Positions 18,618 through 28,887 are shown, numbered from the stretch's first letter. The stretch: 64,000 bases of DNA from Gemmatimonadota bacterium (GCA_963666735.1 OY762926.1:2304001-2368000); one strand, 5' to 3'. The notes: a model not told the origin generated them from the letters alone. Numbers and translations: made by a program.

Positions 18618-19865
18618 CTAACAGCACGTTTCGTCGCGGAGCCGACGGACCTCCAACCGTGGGTAGGGATCCGTCCATGCCGCCACGTAATACCTGTGCG
18701 TGGCCGCCACGATCCTGGGCAATTCGTCGCTGACGAGGGCTCCCCAACCCGTAGCGGCATCAACCAGGTACGTGCGATACGCGACTTTAGATGCTTCGCT
18801 CCCACCCATGCCGGACTCTTCCTCGCGCTCGAACTGCAGGAGCACATGCTCGGAGCCGAGACCCTCGGCGAGCACCAGCGATTCAATGGTGCCGTTGCTG
18901 TCGAACAAGACGTACGGTCCCTCTTGGTCCATACCTTGGTGGATTTTCATTTGCGCGTAGTCCTCTACCTTCGAGGCCCAGAGCGGGGCGTCGCCTTCAG
19001 GATCATATGCCCGTACGACCGGGAAGAACTCCAAGCCGAACACGACGCGCGCCGGGTTGTCAAGACACGCCATACGACCGTCAGACAGCTGATCTCGGAC
19101 TAACCACTCAGTATCTCTGTATCCTTCTCCGAAGTCAGCGTTCCGGCCGTGGCCGCCGACCATGATCTCGTGAAGTATCCTGTGATCCGAACCCCGCGCT
19201 CTCGCGAAGATCCTCCGCCCGCTAAGGCATAGCTCGTCTGGGGAGTAAGCGAGCGTAATGCTTTCGACCAGACTATACCCAGAGTCGGATGGTGCGAACA
19301 CCTTCAGTAGCCGGTTCCGATCCGCAACGATCAGACGTCCGTCGCTGAGCCGGTCGAGCGCACGAGGGCGGCGGAACTCATTCGGGCCACCTCCGAGGCC
19401 GCCAAAACCGACGACGAACTCTCCCGAAGGGTCGAATACACGGACCGCGGGTTCGTATTGGTCGAGCACGTAAACGACACCGGCATCGTCAATTGTGACG
19501 TCGGCGAACGCTCCGAAGACATCCGGATCGTCACCGTCGACTTTGCCGATGCTGGTCACAGTCGTTGCGTCGAGGATCGCGTCTCGAACCTGCCGCCAAC
19601 GCAACGTATCGGTGCCCGAAGGCGCCTTCGTCGGGACTCGACCTGCTTCGATGACAGGCACCGTGCCCGACGGGATGTTCTCAGGTGTGGGATGCGGGAT
19701 CTCAGCAGCGTCGGCGCAGGACCACGCGCTGGCCAGCACTGCGGTCCTCGCCAACCAAGCGCGTAATGGACGATGGGCGCCGACGTTGCGGGCGACATCC
19801 GAAGACGGCCGCTTACTCACGCGGAAGCCTCTAAGCTCATGCTTGCGATGCGGCTGCGGTCCCAA
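18618..19865 (-). CDS. 6-bladed (NHL-like) beta-propeller lipoprotein (start uncertain)
   Basis: Lipobox-like AWSC; VYVLD..VRVFDPSGEFV..GGLGGGPNEF..P; AT-richer codon usage. Confidence 0.75.
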   Translation of the reverse strand: MGPQPHRKHELRGFRVSKRPSSDVARNVGAHRPLRAWLARTAVLASAWSCADAAEIPHPTPENIPSGTVPVIEAGRVPTKAPSGTDTLRWRQVRDAILDATTVTSIGKVDGDDPDVFGAFADVTIDDAGVVYVLDQYEPAVRVFDPSGEFVVGFGGLGGGPNEFRRPRALDRLSDGRLIVADRNRLLKVFAPSDSGYSLVESITLAYSPDELCLSGRRIFARARGSDHRILHEIMVGGHGRNADFGEGYRDTEWLVRDQLSDGRMACLDNPARVVFGLEFFPVVRAYDPEGDAPLWASKVEDYAQMKIHQGMDQEGPYVLFDSNGTIESLVLAEGLGSEHVLLQFEREEESGMGGSEASKVAYRTYLVDAATGWGALVSDELPRIVAATHRYYVAAWTDPYPRLEVRRLRDETCC

Positions 19866-20138
19866 ATCGCCCGGTCAAATGAGGCGCCTCCTCCAGCTGC
19901 GGTCCACCGCGATGGTAATTGTGGAACGCCCAGCGGCATGATTTCTGTCCGCCTTCTACGGCGCGATGCTCGTCCGCAGGCGACTGGGCGGGACTAGTTC
20001 TTGAGCCCCGGCGAAATCTACAAGCTCACTTAATGACGCGACACCGCCCCGCGACTTGGCGGAGCACCGGACCCGGCAGGGATCGATCGCACGCCGGGAG
20101 AATCCGATATCCAGGAGTGCATCCTCGACCATCTGCGA

Positions 20139-20843
20139 CTAGCGGTTCCTCGCGGACAGCGAGTACGCACGACCGGAGATGACCGCGGGCTTGTACTTCT
20201 TCCCGCGCCCGAAGCGCCACCACGGGCGGCGGCGGCGGACGATGACGCACAGGCGGCCCGCAGCCAGGTTCCCTACCTCCACGAACGCGAGGTTCGCGTA
20301 GGGCGGGGCCTCCACCGCGTAACGCCGCCCGCGCCAGTCGAAGACGGCTTCATCCGCGCGTTCCGGGACGATCGACTCCACGAACAGCTCCGATTCCAGC
20401 CTCACGACGCCGTCCGGTCCGGACGGCACCGCGCGGCAGAAGTCCGGATCGAAGGGCTCTCCCGCGTGCCGGCGCAGATTCTGTTCGTTCGCCCAGTCCA
20501 CCACATCAAGTCCCACCTCCCCGGCGGCGGATTCCCGGTGGTGGAGCAGTTCGTGCAGGATCGTCTCCCACAGCTCGCCCTCCCAGTCGAAGTCGGGGTC
20601 CTCCTCCGCGAGCGCCCGGAAGGAACCATGATAGAGGATGAGTTCCGAACGGACATCGCCGTCCCCGCCGGCGCCGCTCGGCCACGCCTCCGTGAAGCAC
20701 TCCCCCATCGTGTACACCCACTCGAAGTCGGGGTGGCGGGCGGGCCGCTGCTCGATCGTCATCCCGTCGACCCCCTCCCGGACCTCGGCGGGGATGTCGT
20801 TCCACATCCGGCGTGCCGCGGTCTCGAATCGGGTGAAGTTCAC
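20139..20843 (-). CDS. Zincin-like metallopeptidase domain protein
   Basis: LILYHGSF..ETILHELLHH (HExxH) in a minimal zincin context. Confidence 0.7.
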   Translation of the reverse strand: MNFTRFETAARRMWNDIPAEVREGVDGMTIEQRPARHPDFEWVYTMGECFTEAWPSGAGGDGDVRSELILYHGSFRALAEEDPDFDWEGELWETILHELLHHRESAAGEVGLDVVDWANEQNLRRHAGEPFDPDFCRAVPSGPDGVVRLESELFVESIVPERADEAVFDWRGRRYAVEAPPYANLAFVEVGNLAAGRLCVIVRRRRPWWRFGRGKKYKPAVISGRAYSLSARNR

Positions 20844-20871
20844 CGGGCGATGGGGACGGTAGCCGCCCCCG

Positions 20872-22359
20872 TCAGGCGTCTTCCGCCGAAGCCGCCGAGC
20901 CTGCGGCGTGGGCGGCGAGCCAGCGGTTGAGGCCCAGGAAGGCGGTGATCGCGATCGCCCACTGGATGAGCACCGTCCCGGCGTTGAACTCCGAGAAGAG
21001 CGTGAACGACGCGGAGAGGTCGTTCAGATCGATGGCCTCCCACAACCACCAGCCCGTGATCACGACCGCCTGCACGGCGACGAGTCGAATCACGACGTTC
21101 CACCACTTCCCGACCACGAGATCGCTGCCCTCGCTGTTGATGAACTTCGTGCGGAAGCGGTCGACGCCGTGGCGCATGACCATGATCGAGAAGAAGAGGC
21201 CGCTCAACATGAGTCCGACGCCCCACACCCAGTCCTGGTTGCGGAAGACCTCGATCCAGATCGCCGACGGGAGCCCGAGCACGAGGCCGAGGCCACCGAT
21301 CGTCAGCACCGCCTTGCGCCGCTCGATCCCGGCGTCGGTGAGCACACGCGTGGGCAGTTCGATCATCGCGATGAGGCTGCTCCAGGCCGCGAACACGAGC
21401 GCGAGGAAGAAGAGGACCATGAACACCGATCCTCCCGGCATGAGCCCGAACAACTGCGGGATCCAGATGAACGTCAGCCCCTCGTTCCCCGCCCCCACGA
21501 TCTGGTCGGCCGCGTTGGGCAGAATCGCGAAGACCGTGCACAGCACCATGATGCCCGCCAGCAGCGACACGGAATTGTTCCCGAAACCGAGCATGAAGGC
21601 GTTGAGCGTCGTGTCTTCCCGCTTCCTCATGTAGATCGCGTAGGCCATGATCAGCCCCCAGCCCGCGCCCGTGTCCCACGCGTTCTGCGTGAGGGCCTCG
21701 AGCCAGATGGTGGGATCGCCCAACGCCCTCCAGTCGGGCGTGAACAGGAAGGCGAGACCCGCGCTCGCTCCCGGCAGCGTGACGGCCCGAATCGCAAGCG
21801 CCAGCACGAGCACGAGCAGGCTCGGGATCAGGAAGCGGGCGGCCCGCTCGATCCCGCGCACCCCGCGCAGGACGACGAATACGCCGAGCCCGATCGCGAT
21901 GGCGTGCGTGAGGACGGGCCACGGCGACCCGATGAAGCCGTCCCAGAACTGCTGGGGGCCCACGCAACCCGTCGCGGCGGGGTCGCAGACGGCGGTCGGG
22001 ACGGTCCCCGTCACCGCGGCGAACAGGTACCGGATCGTCCACCCCATCACGACCGTGTAATAGAACAGGATCGCGGTCGAGACGAAGGCGACCCAGGTGC
22101 CCATCCAGGCCGTGCTCTTCCCCCCAAGCCTGGTGAACGCCCCGATCGGCCCCGAGCGCGCCTGCTTGCCGGCGGCGAACTCGGTGAGGATCAGCGGCAC
22201 GGACCAGAGGAGGAGGAAGACGACCCACGCGACGAGGAAGGAACCGCCCCCGTTCGAGGCCGCGATGCGCGGGAAGCGCCAGATGTTGCCGGTTCCGACG
22301 GCCATCCCGAGCATGGCCAGCATCATCGCGGCCCGGGAACTGAAGACGGGATTCGTCAT
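20872..22359 (-). CDS. Sodium-dependent transporter (NSS/SNF family)
   Basis: GMAVGTGNIWRFP..NGGGSFL; about 12 TM segments. Confidence 0.93.
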   Translation of the reverse strand: MTNPVFSSRAAMMLAMLGMAVGTGNIWRFPRIAASNGGGSFLVAWVVFLLLWSVPLILTEFAAGKQARSGPIGAFTRLGGKSTAWMGTWVAFVSTAILFYYTVVMGWTIRYLFAAVTGTVPTAVCDPAATGCVGPQQFWDGFIGSPWPVLTHAIAIGLGVFVVLRGVRGIERAARFLIPSLLVLVLALAIRAVTLPGASAGLAFLFTPDWRALGDPTIWLEALTQNAWDTGAGWGLIMAYAIYMRKREDTTLNAFMLGFGNNSVSLLAGIMVLCTVFAILPNAADQIVGAGNEGLTFIWIPQLFGLMPGGSVFMVLFFLALVFAAWSSLIAMIELPTRVLTDAGIERRKAVLTIGGLGLVLGLPSAIWIEVFRNQDWVWGVGLMLSGLFFSIMVMRHGVDRFRTKFINSEGSDLVVGKWWNVVIRLVAVQAVVITGWWLWEAIDLNDLSASFTLFSEFNAGTVLIQWAIAITAFLGLNRWLAAHAAGSAASAEDA

Positions 22360-23360
22360 GCTTCGCCTCTCTCCACTGACCCTTCCTCCCCTTCCTCGCG
22401 CGCCGGGAGCCGCTGGAGCCAATCATCCAGCGTCTCGTTGAAGGCGCCGGGGCGCGAGATGTGCGAGCAGTGTCCGGTGCCGGGAATGGGAACGTACTCG
22501 GCGTCCGGTAGCAGTTCGGTGATTTCGCGCGCCCAGTCCACCGGACAATACTCGTCGCGTGGACCCTTCACCACGAGCGCGGGCACCGCGATGTCCCCCA
22601 GATCCGTGCGCAGATCCATCCGCCGCAGGCCCGAGACGCGGCGGTCGGAGACCGTCGGGGGGACGGTTCGCGGCCCGGTGAAGAGCGCGTACTCGATCAG
22701 GGCATCCCGACCCGGCGAGTCGTCGAAGATCCAGACGCCGAGACGGCTCCAGGCCCGGGCCAGGCCGCGGGAGAGTTCCGTCGGGAGATATCGGGTGGTC
22801 AGCATGGCGAGAGGGATGAGCGCGGCCCGGTTGAAGCCGACGTGATGATAGGAGACGCGCGCCAGCGGATTGCACAGGACGATCCCGCGCACGCGCTCCG
22901 GAAACCGGCTCGCGAAGCGCATCGCGATCGCGCTCCCGAGGCTCGTCCCGATGAGCACGAAGCGGTCGACGCCGCGCGCCTCGATGAGCTCGGCCACGTC
23001 GTCGACCAGCCGGTCGAAACCGTCCGTCGCGGCAAACTCACGCCGCAGATCCGCGCACACCACGCGATGGCGCCGGGCGAAGCTCGGCAGCTGATACCGG
23101 AACGTCTCCTTCGGACCGTCCGCTCCGGGAACCCAGACGAGCGCATCCCCCGAGCCCGCGTCGACGTACTCGACCCTCTCGCCGTCGGAGTACTCGAGGA
23201 CACCGCCCGAGAGCGCTTCGCCGGAGCCGTCCCGGATGGGCGGCCGCACCAGCGCCTGGTTGCGGCGCGTCATGGCCAGCCACCACGCGACGCCCGCGAG
23301 CCCGGCCAGCCCGCCGAGCGCGAACCTGCCGGGCAGGCCGGTCCAGCGCGGCCCGCTCAC
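22356..23360 (-). CDS. Alpha/beta hydrolase
   Basis: GTSLG nucleophile elbow; GPRD acid; GTGH His; N-terminal TM anchor. Confidence 0.85.
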   Translation of the reverse strand: MSGPRWTGLPGRFALGGLAGLAGVAWWLAMTRRNQALVRPPIRDGSGEALSGGVLEYSDGERVEYVDAGSGDALVWVPGADGPKETFRYQLPSFARRHRVVCADLRREFAATDGFDRLVDDVAELIEARGVDRFVLIGTSLGSAIAMRFASRFPERVRGIVLCNPLARVSYHHVGFNRAALIPLAMLTTRYLPTELSRGLARAWSRLGVWIFDDSPGRDALIEYALFTGPRTVPPTVSDRRVSGLRRMDLRTDLGDIAVPALVVKGPRDEYCPVDWAREITELLPDAEYVPIPGTGHCSHISRPGAFNETLDDWLQRLPAREEGEEGSVERGEA

Positions 23361-24847
23361 CGCCAGCGCTCGACGCGCGTGAGCAGTGTGTCGGGCGTGA
23401 GCCCCTCGACGCCGAACTGCGGCGCGACCTGCGCGGCATCTTCGCGCCGTCCGGCCGAGAGGACCTCGAGCAGGAACTTGCCCGCCGCGCCCGTCCGGTG
23501 CCATTCGGGCCCGAAGCGCTTGTTCAGCCGATCGATGATGATCGAGCTGAGCATCCAGCCGCGCAGGCGCCGCGCCGCCTGGAAGCCCCGCCGGTGATCC
23601 GTAAGGTAGGTGCCCGGATGGTGCGCGAATCCGGTCGTTTCACTCAGCAGAGCGGCGTATCGACCGGCCTGCTCGCCGGGCCGCTCGGCCCGGGCCAGCT
23701 CCAGTTCCCACAACAGGCGCGCGGTATCGCGGCGCAGACGGTAGAGCCTGAGGAAGCCCGCGAGTTGCCGGTAGTCCTCCAGCGCGGCGCCCTCCAGTCC
23801 CGTCACGGATTCGATCCAGACGCGATCCAGCGTCAGCGAGTCGAACACCAAGCCGAAGGACTCGCCGATCGAATCGTCGCCCAACACTCGCTCCTCCCAC
23901 GAGAGGGCGGCGGCTGCGTGCGTGTAGTGGAGCGCGTGTCCCGTTTCGTGGAGCAGGCGCCTCGCGTCGATCCAGCCGCCGAGCGGACACACGACGAGCC
24001 GCACGTCCCCGGGCACATCGATGACCGCCGTGTACGACCGCTCGTCCTTGAGCGGTCGCCGGTCGATGTCGACGCGCACGGAGCGATCGAACACCCGGCC
24101 CAGCCCCATCACCTCCATGGCGCGGCGAACATGCGCGGCGAACGGCTCGATCTCGAAGTGCCGTCCGAGCCAGCGCATCCCCATCAGCCACCGCGCGTCG
24201 GCTCGCGTGGGCGTCGCCCCGTTCGCGTCGAGGCGCGGGCCCGCCTCCCGCGCGAACGTCTGCCGATAGCGGGCCTCGGTTCCCTGGAGGATGGCGTTCG
24301 CGTCGCGCTCCAGCCGCGCCAGGTCCAGGCCGGCCAGCCGCTCCCGCGACTCGGTATAGTCGCCCAGACCGAGCTGAACGATGGCCTCGCGGCCACGGTG
24401 CGCGACATCCAGCCGGAGCGCCGCGGCCTCTTCGATGCGCCGGTGGCGCGCCGCCTCCCAGCCGAGCCGCTCCTCGCGATCGTCCGCGCGCACGATCCAG
24501 TCGGGCACGCGGCGCAGCGGAATCTCCCGCCCGCCGAGCGAGACCGTCGCGCCGGTCTCCCACGACCGCAGTTCGTCCTCCAGCGGAGCCACCTCCGCCT
24601 CGATCTGCTGGCCGGCGACCCAGTTGAAGAGCGTCTTCAGCCGCCGGCGCTCGTCTCCGTACGCTTCGGAAAGTTCCCGCTGGATGGCCTGCAGGACGCC
24701 GGGACTGAGCAAGAACCGATGTTCCCGGTACAGCGACGCGAGCGAAGACCGCTCGTCCAGCCCGCTGCGGAGCCGATAGTGGGCGCGCGCGAGGGCGCTC
24801 TGCAGGCGCTGGGCCCGATCACGGATCTCCGCTACGCGAAACGGCAA
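23357..24847 (-). CDS. M3-like zinc metallopeptidase homologue
   Basis: LLHETGHALH followed by a downstream E (IGESFG); mostly helical. Confidence 0.6.
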   Translation of the reverse strand: MPFRVAEIRDRAQRLQSALARAHYRLRSGLDERSSLASLYREHRFLLSPGVLQAIQRELSEAYGDERRRLKTLFNWVAGQQIEAEVAPLEDELRSWETGATVSLGGREIPLRRVPDWIVRADDREERLGWEAARHRRIEEAAALRLDVAHRGREAIVQLGLGDYTESRERLAGLDLARLERDANAILQGTEARYRQTFAREAGPRLDANGATPTRADARWLMGMRWLGRHFEIEPFAAHVRRAMEVMGLGRVFDRSVRVDIDRRPLKDERSYTAVIDVPGDVRLVVCPLGGWIDARRLLHETGHALHYTHAAAALSWEERVLGDDSIGESFGLVFDSLTLDRVWIESVTGLEGAALEDYRQLAGFLRLYRLRRDTARLLWELELARAERPGEQAGRYAALLSETTGFAHHPGTYLTDHRRGFQAARRLRGWMLSSIIIDRLNKRFGPEWHRTGAAGKFLLEVLSAGRREDAAQVAPQFGVEGLTPDTLLTRVERWR

Positions 24848-24862
24848 TCGCGGCCCGCCCGG

Positions 24863-26251
24863 TCAGTCTCCGGGGCGGGCGCCGCCGATTGCGGCGCCGA
24901 GCCACGCCGCGACGCCCGACAGCGGCACGCGCGTCTGCTCGAGAGAGTCGCGGTCGCGCACGGTGCACGTCTCGTCCTCGAGCGTCTGCCCGTCGATCGT
25001 CAGACAGAAGGGGGTCCCCGCCTCGTCCTGCCTCCGGTATCGCTTGCCGATCGATCCCGCGATGTCGTAGAAGACGTTGAAGGTTCCGCGCAGATCATCC
25101 GCCAGCTTCTCGGCGATCTCCGGCATCCCGTCCTTCTTCACGAGCGGGAAGACCGCCGCCTGGAGGGGAGCCAGCGCGGGCTTGAGCCGCAGCACCACCC
25201 GCTGTTGACCGCCGACCTCCTCCTCGTCGTAGGCATCCGCCAGCACGACCAGCAGCGTCCGGCTGAGCCCCGCGGAGGTCTCGATCACGGACGGCACGTA
25301 CTTCCGGTTCGCCGGCTGGTCGAAGTACTCGAGCTTCTTCCCCGAGTGCTCCTGGTGACGCCCGAGGTCGTAGTCCGTCCGGTTGTGGATCCCCTCGAAC
25401 TCCTGCCACCCGAACGGGAACCGGTACTGGATGTCCGAGGCGTCCTTGCAATAGTGCGCGAGTTCATCCGGCCCATGCCGGTGGAAGCGCAACCGCTCCG
25501 GCCGGATGCCCAGCGTCTCGACCCACGCCATGCGGCGCTCCTTCCACGTCTCGAACCACTCGTCCTCCGTCCCCGGCGCCACGAAGAACTGCATCTCCAT
25601 CTGCTCGAACTCGCGCGTGCGGAAGATGAAGTTCCCAGGCGTGATCTCGTTCCGGAACGCCTTCCCCACCTGCGCGATCCCGAACGGGACCTTCTGGCGC
25701 ATCGACTCCTGTACGTTCCGGAAATTGACGAAGATTCCCTGCGCCGTCTCCGGCCGGAGATAGACGGTCGCCGCCTCGTCCTCCACGACCCCCATGAACG
25801 TCTTGAACATGAGGTTGAACTGGCGCGGGTCCGTCCACTGACCGGTGGTTCCGCACACCGCGCACTGCTGGGCCTCGGGCTCGCCCGACTCCAGTTGCGC
25901 CAGGTCGTCCGCGCGAAAGCGGCGGTGGCAGTTCCGGCACTCGACGAGCGGGTCCGTGAACGCGCCCACATGCCCGCTCGCCACCCACACCTCCGGGTTC
26001 ATCAGGATCCCCGCGTCGAGGCCGACGACGTTCGGGTGGCGGTACACCATCTCGCGCCACCAGAGATCCTGGATGCGGTTCTTGAGTTCGATGCCGAGCG
26101 GGCCGTAGTCGTAGACGGACCCCACCCCTCCGTAGATCTCGGAGGACTGGAAGACGAACCCGCGCCGCTTGGCGAGGGACACGAGCTTGTCCATCAGGCC
26201 GGGGGGATGGCCGGAATCGGCGGCGGAATCCGTGTTCGTTTCGTCGGTCAT
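24863..26251 (-). CDS. glyQS: Glycine-tRNA ligase, alpha2 type
   Basis: KRRGFVFQSSEIYGG, YLRPETAQG, FRNEITPGNFIFRTREFEQME, IGKRYRRQDEAGTP. Confidence 0.97.
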   Translation of the reverse strand: MTDETNTDSAADSGHPPGLMDKLVSLAKRRGFVFQSSEIYGGVGSVYDYGPLGIELKNRIQDLWWREMVYRHPNVVGLDAGILMNPEVWVASGHVGAFTDPLVECRNCHRRFRADDLAQLESGEPEAQQCAVCGTTGQWTDPRQFNLMFKTFMGVVEDEAATVYLRPETAQGIFVNFRNVQESMRQKVPFGIAQVGKAFRNEITPGNFIFRTREFEQMEMQFFVAPGTEDEWFETWKERRMAWVETLGIRPERLRFHRHGPDELAHYCKDASDIQYRFPFGWQEFEGIHNRTDYDLGRHQEHSGKKLEYFDQPANRKYVPSVIETSAGLSRTLLVVLADAYDEEEVGGQQRVVLRLKPALAPLQAAVFPLVKKDGMPEIAEKLADDLRGTFNVFYDIAGSIGKRYRRQDEAGTPFCLTIDGQTLEDETCTVRDRDSLEQTRVPLSGVAAWLGAAIGGARPGD

Positions 26252-26588
26252 GAGTATCGGTGGCGGCCACTCGCTTCGGACGCAGCGGCGGAATCGGCTG
26301 GATTGACCGGAAGCTCGGACATCACGCAAGGCGGCTTCGGACGCGAGCGGCAACGATAGCCGTGGCTGGCAGCCCGTGGCAAAGCGTGACGTAGTCATCG
26401 AGCGTCGCAAGAGACCGCGGTTCCTTCGCTTATTCGCGTCAGCGCGGCCGCGCCGGCGTGTGCGAGATCCTCTGCTTGCGTAACCGGAGCCCGTTTCTCT
26501 GCCTTTGTTTGCGCACCGGGCCCCAGTGTTGTATCGGAATGGGGAACGAGTCGCGGGAACGAGTGACATTCAGACCCGGGAGGCGCAA

Positions 26589-26720
26589 ATGTCCCGCTTC
26601 AACCCCTTCCACGCCCTATTCCGTCGAGTCGCACTGCTCGCGGTCATGTTTGCTGCGGTACCGGCGGCCGCTCAGGAGGTCGTCGTCACGATCAACATGA
26701 ACTCATGTTGGAACGTCTAG
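26589..26720 (+). CDS. 43-aa secreted peptide or truncated secreted protein
   Basis: GGAGG RBS; clean signal peptide ..AAVPAAA|QEVVVTINMNSCWNV then TAG. Confidence 0.5.
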   Translation: MSRFNPFHALFRRVALLAVMFAAVPAAAQEVVVTINMNSCWNV

Positions 26721-27818
26721 TTGTCCTTCCCTCGTCGTAAGGCCGCAGTCGCCGCTACGCTGCTCGCGGCGGCGTGCGGCGGGCCGGCCGATGTCGCATT
26801 TCAGCCCATCAAGCTCGATCCGCTCGCCTCCGTACCGGCACCGCTAAGCACAACCCATGAGCTCACGCTCCTGGGCGGCTCTGCGGCATGCGTCATCGAT
26901 TCGTACCAGTACCGCGTGAGCTGCATCGATCCCGGCGGCGAGTCCATCGATTTCGGCACCGAAGGCGAAGGGCCAGGCGAGTTCAAGTTTCCCAGTCACC
27001 TACTTCGCGGCGCGTCGGGTACGGTCGGAGTATTCGATTTTCAGCTGAACCGCCTGGCAACGTTCGCCGCGTCGGGGGAGTTCCTCGCTTCCACGGGAGA
27101 GCTTCCGGACCAGTTCTTCCTTCTCGACCCCCAAGTGGAGGACGGGACAGTGTTCGGCCGGTATCGGAAGCTCGACTCAAGCGGCGACCGGCCGGTCGTG
27201 CAGGCGGAGGTCGACATGTCGACAGGTCGCGTGGAATGGGAGCGGGCGTTCCCGTACGAAGGGGACATTGTGGACTGCTCGACACCGTTGTGGAGGACCA
27301 CCCGGCTGCTGTCGGGATACGGGGATGGTAGCGGCGGCCTCCTGTTCGTGACCTGCCACGGCGAGTTTCTGGTCTGGTACGCGGACCGGGACGCGGAGGA
27401 GCCCGCCGCGATCGTGCGGTCCCCCACGTACCTTGAGCGATACCCGACCGAGGAGGACGTGGCGTCGACCCGGCGGACGCTGCGGTCGGCACCTTGGGCT
27501 CCTGGCGAAGAGGAGATTCGGTCCAGGCCGAAGTCGTGGTACGGACCGAAGGTTCTGGACGACCGGCGGCGGTTTTGGGCGGTATCGCATTGGAACGCAG
27601 GGGTCGGCGTAATTCCCCCACTCAGCTACATTGACTTGTTTCACCTCACGGACGCTGGTCCCGTGTACGCGCTGACGCTGCAGGTGGCGAACAAGGTCGT
27701 GGGGATGGACGTCCTCGGAGACACCCTCGCGGTTCTCGTGGAGCGGGATGCCGGCGGCGTGGTGCCGGAGCGTCGCGTGGACTGGTACGACGTTGCCGCC
27801 GTTGCAGCCTCGCGGTGA
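26721..27818 (+). CDS. 6-bladed beta-propeller lipoprotein
   Basis: Lipobox LAAAC; FGTEGEGPGEFKFP; similar to 18618..19865. Confidence 0.75.
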   Translation: MSFPRRKAAVAATLLAAACGGPADVAFQPIKLDPLASVPAPLSTTHELTLLGGSAACVIDSYQYRVSCIDPGGESIDFGTEGEGPGEFKFPSHLLRGASGTVGVFDFQLNRLATFAASGEFLASTGELPDQFFLLDPQVEDGTVFGRYRKLDSSGDRPVVQAEVDMSTGRVEWERAFPYEGDIVDCSTPLWRTTRLLSGYGDGSGGLLFVTCHGEFLVWYADRDAEEPAAIVRSPTYLERYPTEEDVASTRRTLRSAPWAPGEEEIRSRPKSWYGPKVLDDRRRFWAVSHWNAGVGVIPPLSYIDLFHLTDAGPVYALTLQVANKVVGMDVLGDTLAVLVERDAGGVVPERRVDWYDVAAVAASR

Positions 27819-28045
27819 CCTATCCGTGTTCGAGCCCGTGATCGAAGCGTAGTTGGCTCAGGATCCGGTGCCCGCTTGCTCGGCATGATGAGTAATCCCG
27901 TCATCCGCCTATCGTCCGCCCGTCACTGTCGAGCTCCGGTCGCTGGCGGTCGGGCACCCGGGAAACGAGATTCTGGGCCGTGCGGTCGCGGCGCTTGGCC
28001 GGCCGCGGCAAACCCCGATGAGACGAGAGGAGCGGGCGAGACGAG

Positions 28046-28561
28046 ATGATCGGCACCCGGATGCAGGCGGCGCTCAACGAGCAGATCACGCAGGAGCTGT
28101 ACGCGAGCCAGGTCTACCTGTCCATGTGCGCCCACTTCGAGGGCGAAGGGCTCCCGGGCTTCGCGCACTGGATGCGCGCGCAGGCCGAGGAGGAGCGGGA
28201 GCACGCGCTCCGCATCTTCGACTTCGTGCACGACCGCGAGGGACAGGTTTCCCTGCGGACAATCGATGCCCCGCCCTCCGAGTTCGGTTCGCCGCGGGAG
28301 GTGTTCGAGGAGGCGCTGGCGCACGAGCGAAAGGTGTCCGGGATGATCGGCAACCTCTATCGCCTCGCGATGGACGAAGCGGACTACCCGGCCCAGGTCA
28401 TGCTGCAGTGGTTCGTCAACGAGCAGGTCGAGGAGGAGAAGACGATCTCCGACATCGTCGACCGGCTGCGGCTCGCCGGCGACGACAAGTCCGCCCTGCT
28501 CATGCTCGAGACGGAGCTGGGCCAGAGGACGGGCGACCCGGGGGCGGACGCCGCCACGTAA
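28046..28561 (+). CDS. ftnA: Non-heme ferritin
   Basis: LNEQITQELYAS, QAEEEREHA, HERKV, WFVNEQVEEE ferroxidase motifs. Confidence 0.95.
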   Translation: MIGTRMQAALNEQITQELYASQVYLSMCAHFEGEGLPGFAHWMRAQAEEEREHALRIFDFVHDREGQVSLRTIDAPPSEFGSPREVFEEALAHERKVSGMIGNLYRLAMDEADYPAQVMLQWFVNEQVEEEKTISDIVDRLRLAGDDKSALLMLETELGQRTGDPGADAAT

Positions 28562-28594
28562 TTGCCGCCCCACTCTTCCTTTTGCTCGCCATAC

Positions 28595-28624
28595 TGAGTA
28601 ATTTTACTCATCATGTTGAGTAAA
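28595..28624. promoter_or_regulatory. Palindromic operator-like site at the start of the ATPase remnant
   Basis: TGAGTAATTTTACTCA (28595-28610) plus an extra half-site TGAGTAAA (28617-28624). Confidence 0.55.
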
Positions 28625-28878
28625 TGGTCGTATTCTCGCCCCTATGCGGAAGAACTTCTCGGACGCCTCCGGGAACCGCGTCGCTTTCTCCAGATCGTTA
28701 CGGGCGCCCGGCAGGTGGGCAAATCGAGGTGAAGAGCGGCCGCGCGGGCGGGACGCCGCCGGGCATCGCCGCGTTCGCCGACCGGTTCCATCCGACACGG
28801 AGCCTGCTTGTCGGCGGCGATGGAATCCCGCTCGATGAGTTCCTCGCGAGACCTGTGGAGTATTGGATCCAGCCCTGA
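28613..28878 (+). pseudogene. Internally deleted AAA_14/DUF4143 ATPase
   Basis: Frame from ATG 28613 reads ..RFLQIVTGARQVGKS (Walker A) then stops; an overlapping frame continues IEVKSG..GIPLDEFL (C-terminus), matching both ends of the intact paralogue at 46003..47172. Confidence 0.85.
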
Positions 28879-28887
28879 AGGGTGTTC

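Noticed and set aside
26252..26460. Possible T-box riboswitch upstream of glyQS (minus strand GAAGGAACCGCG)
   Set aside because: Lacks the UGGN bulge (reads AGGA), and no stem I or terminator was recognisable; the short GCTTCGGACGC direct repeat nearby is unexplained but weak
26718..26723. TAG readthrough (pyrrolysine) joining the small peptide to the propeller; same in-frame adjacency at 39065-39070
   Set aside because: Each downstream ORF has its own signal peptide, the TAG is not at a catalytic position, and no pyl genes are seen
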